The notes under the pieces are model-generated. The model saw only the letters and a program-made list of their open reading frames with translations. It searched no databases and was not told where the DNA came from. Made by a program: the position numbers and the translations under genes. From Fibrobacteria bacterium (GTDB lineage Bacteria; Fibrobacterota; Fibrobacteria; UBA11236), in the NCBI GenBank assembly GCA_050486505.1, contig JBJHDK010000002.1, positions 1,292 to 65,291 of the forward strand: a stretch of 64,000 bases of DNA, given 5' to 3'. This document shows positions 57,514 to 64,000 of this stretch, piece by piece; the stretch's first letter is position 1, and each line of letters begins with the position of its first letter.

Positions 57514-58101
57514 ATGTCAACCCTCGTCACCAAACCCGCGCCCGCGTTCAAGGCCAAGGCCGTGCTGCCCGACGGCAGCTTCGGCGAAGTCGACCTCGCA
57601 CAGTACCGCGGCAAGCACGTCATCGTGTATTTCTACCCGCTGGCGTTCACCTTCGTGTGTCCGACCGAAATCATCGCCTTCGACAAGAAGATCGAGGAGT
57701 TCAAGGCGCGCGGCTGTGAAATCGTCGGCGTCTCCGTCGACTCGCACCACACCCTCGCGGCCTGGCGCAACACGCCGGTCAAGGAGGGCGGCATCGGCGC
57801 CATCCGTCACCCGGTGGTGTCCGACCTGAACAAGCAGATCGCACGTGACTACGGCATCCTCTTCAACGAGGAAGTCGCCCTGCGCGGACTGTTCCTGATC
57901 GACAAGGAGGGCGTCGTGCGCCACGCGCTGGTGAACGACCTGCCGCTCGGCCGCAGTGTGGATGAAGCCATCCGCACGCTCGACGCACTGCAGTTCTTCG
58001 AGGAGAACGGCGAAGTCTGCCCGGCCAACTGGCACAAGGGCGACGAGGCCATCAAGGAAACCCGCGACTCCGTGGGTGCGTACCTGGCGAAGTCGGCCTG
58101 A
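57514..58101 (+). CDS. ahpC: Peroxiredoxin, AhpC/Tsa typical 2-Cys family
   Basis: FTFVCPTE peroxidatic Cys and C-terminal resolving Cys (VCPANW). Confidence 0.9.
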   Translation: MSTLVTKPAPAFKAKAVLPDGSFGEVDLAQYRGKHVIVYFYPLAFTFVCPTEIIAFDKKIEEFKARGCEIVGVSVDSHHTLAAWRNTPVKEGGIGAIRHPVVSDLNKQIARDYGILFNEEVALRGLFLIDKEGVVRHALVNDLPLGRSVDEAIRTLDALQFFEENGEVCPANWHKGDEAIKETRDSVGAYLAKSA

Positions 58102-58242
58102 CCCTTCCGGTCTTCCGCACGCTTTCGACGAAAGTGATGCGGGGGACCCCCTGTAAGCAAGCCTGCCCCCGCGCTGCGACTACGGAGACAAAGCGGGGGC
58201 GCAACGGAGGGGGCCGGAGCCAATTCGGTTCTCCGTTGCCAG

Positions 58243-58282
58243 GAGGCTCCGGATCCGTCCGGAGCCTCCACCGTTTTCGCCC
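58243..58282 (+). terminator. Putative terminator hairpin after ahpC
   Basis: GGAGGCTCCGGA tccg TCCGGAGCCTCC followed by ACCGTTTTCGCC; weak U-tract. Confidence 0.45.
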
Positions 58283-58350
58283 GTCGCAGCGCACGAAGCC
58301 GCGGCGGATACTTATGATGTTTGCGTTCGCCCGCGAAAGGAAGTGCGCGC

Positions 58351-59133
58351 ATGGACATTTTCTGGATCGCGGTCCTGGCCAGCCTTGCCGCGGGCGCCGC
58401 CACGGGACTTGGGGCGCTTCCGGTTCTTTTCTTCCGCACACTGTCCGCACGCATGCGCGACGGGTTCCTCGGCTTCAGCGCAGGCGTCATGCTCGCGGCG
58501 TCGGCGTTCTCCCTGATCATCCCCGGAATCGAAGCCGCTTCGGAGCGCACGGGCACGACGATCGCCGCGGTCATCGTCGGTGCGGGGATCCTGCTGGGCG
58601 GCGGCTTCGTTTGGTTGATCCACGCCTTGGTGCCGCACGAGCACTTCGTGAAGGGGGCGGAAGGGACGACGGTTGCCGAGGCCCGCAAAATCCGTCGCAT
58701 CTGGCTGTTCATCCTCGCCATCGCGGTCCACAACCTTCCCGAGGGACTGGCCGTCGGCGTCGGATTCGGAGGAGAAAACATCGGAAACGGAGTCGCCCTC
58801 GCCATCGGCATCGGGCTGCAAAACCTGCCCGAGGGTTTCGCTGTGGCGGTCGCATTGTTGGGAATCAAGGGAATGACGCCCTGGAGGGCGGCAGGCATCG
58901 CTTTGCTGACGGGCCTGCTCGAGCCCGTGGGCGGAGCGATCGGCGCCGGGCTTGTGACGACGTCGGTCCTGCTGCTTCCGTGGGGACTCGCCTTCGCGGC
59001 CGGGGCGATGCTCTTCGTCATCAGCAACGAGATCATCCCGGAGACTCACGCGCAGGGGAACGAGCGCGAGGCCACTGCAGGCCTCATGATCGGCTTCGTC
59101 GTGATGATGGTTCTCGATGTGACCTTGGGCTGA
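58351..59133 (+). CDS. zupT: ZIP family zinc/metal transporter
   Basis: HNLPEGLAVG and QNLPEGFAV ZIP signature helices. Confidence 0.85.
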   Translation: MDIFWIAVLASLAAGAATGLGALPVLFFRTLSARMRDGFLGFSAGVMLAASAFSLIIPGIEAASERTGTTIAAVIVGAGILLGGGFVWLIHALVPHEHFVKGAEGTTVAEARKIRRIWLFILAIAVHNLPEGLAVGVGFGGENIGNGVALAIGIGLQNLPEGFAVAVALLGIKGMTPWRAAGIALLTGLLEPVGGAIGAGLVTTSVLLLPWGLAFAAGAMLFVISNEIIPETHAQGNEREATAGLMIGFVVMMVLDVTLG

Positions 59134-59168
59134 CGCAGCATCAACCCAAGATCGCTTCGACAGGCAGG

Positions 59169-59648
59169 CTAGTGCCCGTGGTGGCGGTGGTAGAAGTCGT
59201 CGGGATCGGGCGGCGCGATGCCGCGGAGGGTTTCCTGGAGCATGATGGCGACTTCGATCAGGGTGTTCATGCGCAGCCGCGCCTCTTCGGACTCCTCATC
59301 CTCAGGAAAGGGCGCGAGACAATCGCGTAGTTCGCAATACCGCACGGCGCGCGCATAGGCATCCGGGAACGCCCTGCGATGACGTTCGAGAAACGCCATG
59401 CCGACATGGATGAAGGCCTCGGGCTGGTAATGCCCGTCAAGCACTTCCTCCGCTTTCTTCGAAGCCTGCACCACCCGGTAATCCGCATGCCAGTACCATG
59501 TGGCTACCGCCGCGATCAGTGCAACCACCAGACCGTATACCAGGTGGATTCCCTGCCTGTTTCCGGATCGGGGAGGCAGGGTCAGGGCCGTGATCAACAC
59601 AAACGCAGCCGTTGCCGCCACGGTCACGATCAACAAAGATGAATTCAT
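59169..59648 (-). CDS. Hypothetical membrane protein
   Basis: Two N-terminal TM helices; C-terminal His-rich tail (YHRHHGH). Confidence 0.5.
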   Translation of the reverse strand: MNSSLLIVTVAATAAFVLITALTLPPRSGNRQGIHLVYGLVVALIAAVATWYWHADYRVVQASKKAEEVLDGHYQPEAFIHVGMAFLERHRRAFPDAYARAVRYCELRDCLAPFPEDEESEEARLRMNTLIEVAIMLQETLRGIAPPDPDDFYHRHHGH

Positions 59649-59729
59649 GCGGTCTCCAGGAAACTCAAACGGTTACCCAAAATAGTCAAAGCAGGGAGGA
59701 GCATGGCTGTTCGCAAGGAAAGCGGCCAT

Positions 59730-59767
59730 GACAATCCCGGACAAACCGCGCTTTGTCCGGGATTGTC
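59730..59767. promoter_or_regulatory. 16-bp perfect inverted repeat (GACAATCCCGGACAAA-N6-TTTGTCCGGGATTGTC) in a divergent promoter region
   Basis: Read directly; lies between a divergent membrane-protein gene and the ABC substrate-binding-protein gene. Confidence 0.6.
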
Positions 59768-59897
59768 GTTCTTGATGCGGCCCCGGGGTGACAAATGTTC
59801 GTTTCTGTGCCTGCACCCGACAGAATCGGCGCGGCACGGTTTTTGTTTCGGACTTGGTGACGGAGTCCTCCCTTTCATTTTATGCACGGGGTCAAGC

Positions 59898-60905
59898 ATG
59901 CACACGATCAAGGTTTTCCTGCAGCGCGCCGGTCTCTCCGGCGTCGTCGCCGCTCTCGCCTTTTCACTCTCCATCGTCGCGCTCAAGGCGCAGGCAAGCC
60001 CGCTCAAGATCGGTTACAGCGACTGGCCGGGCTGGGTCGCCTGGGATATCGGCATCCAGAAAGGGTGGTTCAGGGAAGCAGGAGTCGACGTGGAGTTTCT
60101 GTGGTTCGAATACGTCCCCTCCATGGACGCTTTCGCCGCCGGCCAACTCGACGCGGTGGCGATGACCAATGGAGACGCCCTCGTCACGGGGTCAACAGGC
60201 GCGAAAAGCGTCGCCATCCTCCTCAACGACTACAGCAACGGCAATGACATGCTGGTCGCACGCCCCGGCATCCGTAATCTCGGGCAACTCAAGGGGAAGC
60301 GGATCGGCGTCGAGGTCGGCTTCGTCGGTCACTTGCTGCTGCTCAATGCCCTGCAGTCCGCAGGACTGAAGGAAACCGACGTGACCCTCGTCGACATTCC
60401 CACCGACCAGACCCCGCAGGCCCTCGGAGGCGGTCAGGTCGATGCCATCGTCGCCTGGCAACCGAACAGCGGACAAGCCCTCACCGCCCTGCCCGGTTCG
60501 CGCGCACTCTTCACCAGCGCAGACGCGCCGGGAATCATCTACGACGTGCTTGCCGTCAATCCACGCTCCCTCGCCACCCGCCGCGACGACTGGAAGAAGG
60601 TCGTGGGCGTGTGGTTCCGCATCGCCGACTTCATCAACGACCCCGCCAATCTCGCGGAAGCCAGCCGCATCATGGGAGCACGCGTGGGGCTTCCCGCCGA
60701 CGAGTACGCGAAACTGATGAAAGGCACCTTCTTTCTGGGCAAGGAAGGCAACCTGAAGCACTTCCGCGAAGGAAACGACCTGACCTCGGTGTTCCACTCC
60801 AACCGGGTGGTCGACGCGTTCAATCTCGAGTACGGGGTCTACGAGGAGTCGCAGAACGATCCCTCCTATCTCGATCCCTCGCTCGTGCTGGAGTTGGCGA
60901 AATAA
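59898..60905 (+). CDS. ABC transporter substrate-binding protein (NitT/TauT family)
   Basis: Signal peptide; NMT1/SsuA-like periplasmic binding fold. Confidence 0.75.
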   Translation: MHTIKVFLQRAGLSGVVAALAFSLSIVALKAQASPLKIGYSDWPGWVAWDIGIQKGWFREAGVDVEFLWFEYVPSMDAFAAGQLDAVAMTNGDALVTGSTGAKSVAILLNDYSNGNDMLVARPGIRNLGQLKGKRIGVEVGFVGHLLLLNALQSAGLKETDVTLVDIPTDQTPQALGGGQVDAIVAWQPNSGQALTALPGSRALFTSADAPGIIYDVLAVNPRSLATRRDDWKKVVGVWFRIADFINDPANLAEASRIMGARVGLPADEYAKLMKGTFFLGKEGNLKHFREGNDLTSVFHSNRVVDAFNLEYGVYEESQNDPSYLDPSLVLELAK

Positions 60906-61001
60906 AGCCCGCGTGACGGGTCTCCGGGCCCGGTTGAAATCAAGGTGCAACGGCGTTCCGCACTGTCTGGGCCGTCGCCGTCGCCTGGAGCCTTTTTCGA
61001 A

Positions 61002-62060
61002 ATGACTTCCACATCCAATGCGCCCTGGTTCGCCCTGCGCAAGGACGTTCCGGTGCGCGCGCGCGGGCTGATGCTGGTGATGGCCTTCGTGGTGCCGCTG
61101 GGGGTTTGGTCGGCGGTCAGTTATCTCCCGTTTCTCTGGCACCCGCTGGTGTTGATCACCGACCCCGGGGACGCGAGCGTCGAAGGGTTTCACGACTATC
61201 TCGCGCGCGGCATGCTTGTCGAACGCGACGTCTTCAACGAGCGTAACGCGGAGCTTGCCGATGCCGGCGCCGCACTCGCCACGGGCATCCGCAAGAACCC
61301 CATCTACCTGCCCGCCCCGCACCAGGTCGCCGTCGCCTTCTACACAGGCTTCAGAACCCCTCCCGTACGCACGGGGGACCTGTGGTTGCACGAGAGCCTC
61401 GCGCACAGCGTCCGCGTGATCTTCAAGGGATTCTTTCTCGCGGTCCTTCTCGGCCTTCCGCTCGGGGTCCTGTGCGGATCCTTCGCCTTCTGGTCGCGCA
61501 TCTTCGAGCCCTTCGTCGACTTCATCCGCTACATGCCCGCGCCCGTGTTCGGCGCGCTGGCCGTCGCGATCTGGGGACTGCACGACGCACCCAAGGTCGC
61601 GGTCATCTTCATCGGAACGTTCTTTCAGCTCGTGCTGGTGACGGCCAACACGACAAGAAAAGTGGACGGGGCGCTCCTGGAGGCCGCACAAACCTTGGGG
61701 TGCTCGCGCCGCCAAATGCTTTTGCACGTGATCATCCCGTCCGCGATGCCGGGGCTGTACCGCGACCTGCGCATCCTGCTCGGCTGGGCTTGGACCTACC
61801 TCGTGGTGGCGGAACTCATCGGGGTGAAGTCAGGCATCACGGCCTTCCTTTATCAGGCGCAACGCTACAAGCAATTCGACAACGTGTATGCCGCCATGCT
61901 GATGATCGGGTTGATCGGGTTGTTCTCCGACCAGATCCTCGCCTGGATCGAAAAGCGGATCTTTCCCTGGCAGGAAGGTGCGCGTTCCTTCAGCAATCCG
62001 TTCCGTCGGCGCGCGACGCGCGTTGTGCCTGCCGCGTTGAACCCCGGAGGCACGCCGTGA
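61002..62060 (+). CDS. ABC transporter permease (NitT/TauT family)
   Basis: Six TM helices; EAA-like loop (...[21 protein letters not shown]). Confidence 0.8.
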   Translation: MTSTSNAPWFALRKDVPVRARGLMLVMAFVVPLGVWSAVSYLPFLWHPLVLITDPGDASVEGFHDYLARGMLVERDVFNERNAELADAGAALATGIRKNPIYLPAPHQVAVAFYTGFRTPPVRTGDLWLHESLAHSVRVIFKGFFLAVLLGLPLGVLCGSFAFWSRIFEPFVDFIRYMPAPVFGALAVAIWGLHDAPKVAVIFIGTFFQLVLVTANTTRKVDGALLEAAQTLGCSRRQMLLHVIIPSAMPGLYRDLRILLGWAWTYLVVAELIGVKSGITAFLYQAQRYKQFDNVYAAMLMIGLIGLFSDQILAWIEKRIFPWQEGARSFSNPFRRRATRVVPAALNPGGTP

Positions 62061-62950
62061 ACGGCTTCAACTACAAGACGCAGTCCGAGGCCGTCGCGGA
62101 ACGTTTTCGCAAGCTCAAGGAACGCCCCGTCGTCCTGGAAGTCAACGGCCTGCAAAAGAGTTTCAGCGGAATGCATGTGCTGAAGGAAGTGAACCTCGAG
62201 GTGCGGCGACGGGAGTTCCTCTGCGTGGTCGGCGCATCGGGGTGCGGCAAGTCGACACTCGTGCGTCTTCTCGCCGGGCTTGAGGATCCGGACGGCGGCG
62301 AGGTGCTGCTCGACGGCAAGCCCGCGCGCGGGCCCTGCGCCTCACGGGGAATGGTCTTTCAGGGTTACACGCTGTTTCCATGGTTGAACGTGCGTCGCAA
62401 CATCATGTTCGGCCCGCGCATGCAGGGCAAGGGACGCGAGGCTTCCGCCGAGGAGGCCGACCAGTGGATCCAGCTCGTGGGGCTTTCCGATTTCGCGGAC
62501 GCTTACCCGCACCAGCTTTCGGGAGGCATGAAGCAGCGCGTCGCGATCGCGCGGGCCCTGGCAAACTCACCGCGCATCCTGCTCATGGACGAACCCTTCG
62601 GAGCCCTCGACGCGCAGACGCGCGCACAAATGCAGCGCAACCTGCTCCACATCTGGCGCAACGCCGACGTCACCATCGTCTTCATCACGCACGATCTCGA
62701 CGAGGCCATCTACCTCGCGGACCGCATCCTCGTGCTGCGCCCCAAGCCCGGCCCCGGACGCGAGAGCATCGCGGAACGCATCGAAGTCTCCGTCCCGCGA
62801 CCGCGCACCCCGGAACAGTTCGCCTCACCCGAGTTCGTCGCCACGCGTCGCCGCCTCGAAGAGTGGATCCATCCCGCCGGATCGGAGAACACGAACGAGG
62901 ACAACCTGCCCCGCCTGCGCCTCACCCGCGTGGGCGACGAGGTGGAATGA
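62057..62950 (+). CDS. ABC transporter ATP-binding protein
   Basis: Walker [10 protein letters not shown], signature LSGGMKQR, Walker B LLMDEPF; GTGA overlap with the permease. Confidence 0.85.
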   Translation: MNGFNYKTQSEAVAERFRKLKERPVVLEVNGLQKSFSGMHVLKEVNLEVRRREFLCVVGASGCGKSTLVRLLAGLEDPDGGEVLLDGKPARGPCASRGMVFQGYTLFPWLNVRRNIMFGPRMQGKGREASAEEADQWIQLVGLSDFADAYPHQLSGGMKQRVAIARALANSPRILLMDEPFGALDAQTRAQMQRNLLHIWRNADVTIVFITHDLDEAIYLADRILVLRPKPGPGRESIAERIEVSVPRPRTPEQFASPEFVATRRRLEEWIHPAGSENTNEDNLPRLRLTRVGDEVE

Positions 62951-62962
62951 CAGGGGACCGAT

Positions 62963-62990
62963 GTAGGGGCAAATGATCATTTGCCCCTAC
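62963..62990. repeat. 28-bp perfect palindrome copy 2 (GTAGGGGCAAATGATCATTTGCCCCTAC)
   Basis: Perfect self-complement; lies between the ABC ATPase stop and the DUF1989 gene; differs by 1 nt from the copy at 18692-18719. Confidence 0.8.
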
Positions 62991-63049
62991 CCTCGTCGCC
63001 CAAAAAAACCGTACGGATGAGGCATGCCTCATCCCAACAGGGAGATGAT

Positions 63050-63772
63050 ATGACACCCACTTTCCACACCGAAACCCTCCCCGGCGGGGCGGCCACCTCG
63101 CTCATCCTGCGGCGCGGCCTCGCACTGCGACTGACGTCGGGAGGCAACAGCGCGAACGTCTCCGCCCTGCTCTTCAACTCCGACCGTCCGCTGGAACGCT
63201 ACAACATGCCCGATACCCTGAAGGGGCAGTACACCGCCTTCCTGACGGCGGGCCGCGCCCTGTACTCCGACATGGGACGGGTGCTGTGCTCGATCACGGA
63301 AGACTCCTGCGGGTGGCACGACACCATCGGAGGGGTGCTTGATGCCCGGCGCGCTGCGGGAAAGTACGGTGTGCTGACCTACCAGCAGGCCCGCAACGAT
63401 TTCCACCGCAACGGGCGCGATAATTTTCTGATCGAACTCGCCAAGCACGGGCTCGGCAAGCGCGACCTGCACGCCAACGTCAATTTCTTCAGCAAGGTCG
63501 CCGTGGATGAGGAAGGCAGCCTGCGCTTCGTCGAGGGACACGCGTCTGCGGAATCCTTCGTGGAGCTGCGCGCGGAGATGAACACCTTGGTCGTTTTATC
63601 GAACACCCCGCATCCGCTCGCGCCCGCAGGCGCGTGGAATCCGCCGCCGGTCGGGCTCTCCGTGCGCGCCGTGCCGCCTCCCGACATGGACGACGCATGC
63701 CGGACATCCCGTCCCGAGAACGGGCGCGCCTTCGTCAACACCGAAACCCTGAACCGGTTGGAGACCGCCTGA
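63050..63772 (+). CDS. Urea-carboxylase-associated family protein (DUF1989)
   Basis: DUF1989-like sequence; placed after a NitT/TauT ABC transporter, as in urea carboxylase clusters. Confidence 0.65.
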   Translation: MTPTFHTETLPGGAATSLILRRGLALRLTSGGNSANVSALLFNSDRPLERYNMPDTLKGQYTAFLTAGRALYSDMGRVLCSITEDSCGWHDTIGGVLDARRAAGKYGVLTYQQARNDFHRNGRDNFLIELAKHGLGKRDLHANVNFFSKVAVDEEGSLRFVEGHASAESFVELRAEMNTLVVLSNTPHPLAPAGAWNPPPVGLSVRAVPPPDMDDACRTSRPENGRAFVNTETLNRLETA

Positions 63773-64000
63773 TGGCCATCCTGAACTACGTCGAAAGCGA
63801 ACTGCAGATCGAGAATGCGGTCTACGACCATATCCTCCCCGCCGGCGAAGGCTGGATGCACCGCATCCTGAAGGGGCAGACGTTTCGCATCACCGACCTC
63901 GAAGGGAACCAGGCGGTCGACACCCTGTTCTACAACGCCGCCGCTCCCGAGGAACGCTACGATGCCACGGAAACCCTCCTCGCCCAGGGCAACCTGTTCC
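63772..64000 (+). CDS. Second DUF1989 urea-carboxylase-associated protein (partial, continues past window end)
   Basis: ATG overlapping the upstream stop (TGATG); N-terminus MAILNYVESELQIENAVYDH...; no stop before 64000. Confidence 0.55.
   Translation, partial: MAILNYVESELQIENAVYDHILPAGEGWMHRILKGQTFRITDLEGNQAVDTLFYNAAAPEERYDATETLLAQGNLF

Noticed and set aside
59703-59897. TPP riboswitch upstream of the NitT/TauT (ThiY-like) binding protein
   Set aside because: No CTGAGA / ACCTGA core elements; the dominant structure is the 16-bp perfect IR, more consistent with a protein operator.

Overview
High-GC (~65%) bacterial chromosomal window, densely coded, with roughly 65 protein genes, one tRNA and one riboswitch. 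Several signatures (BtuG-like propeller lipoprotein next to BtuB, a TIGR02147-like gene, a DUF1989 urea-carboxylase-associated cluster, many TonB/lipoprotein pairs) suggest an FCB-group (Bacteroidota/Rhodothermota/Ignavibacteriota-like) organism. Most content is housekeeping. Single genes: trxA, ftsY, clpP, cysS, gnd, purB, pfkA, metY, cls, hpf, hldE. Operon-like blocks: a B12-radical-SAM–purN–rnhB–UPF0104 block; an LPS/O-antigen-like block (DegT aminotransferase, AsnB-like, DsbA-like, Wzx flippase, GT4, GT9, HldE); a cobalamin-riboswitch–BtuB–BtuG-like uptake unit; a second TonB receptor flanked by lipoproteins; a perR-like–dps–ahpC oxidative-stress cluster with a second near-identical dps 8.7 kb away; a BrnT/BrnA toxin-antitoxin pair in a low-GC islet; and the start of a urea-carboxylase-associated ABC/DUF1989 cluster running off the window end. 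Most unusual: (i) a family of tandem heptanucleotide repeats (GAGTTAC/GAATTAC and complement) arranged as inverted arms around short unique cores exactly at the 3' ends of convergent gene pairs (two full copies, one half copy); (ii) a 28-bp perfect palindrome present twice; (iii) a 1113-aa secreted protein combining an HExxH peptidase-like domain, TolB-type propeller repeats and an Omp85-like beta-rich C-terminus, divergent from a stand-alone SagB-type dehydrogenase. Many long ORFs in the supplied track are antisense artefacts of the high GC content and were not annotated.
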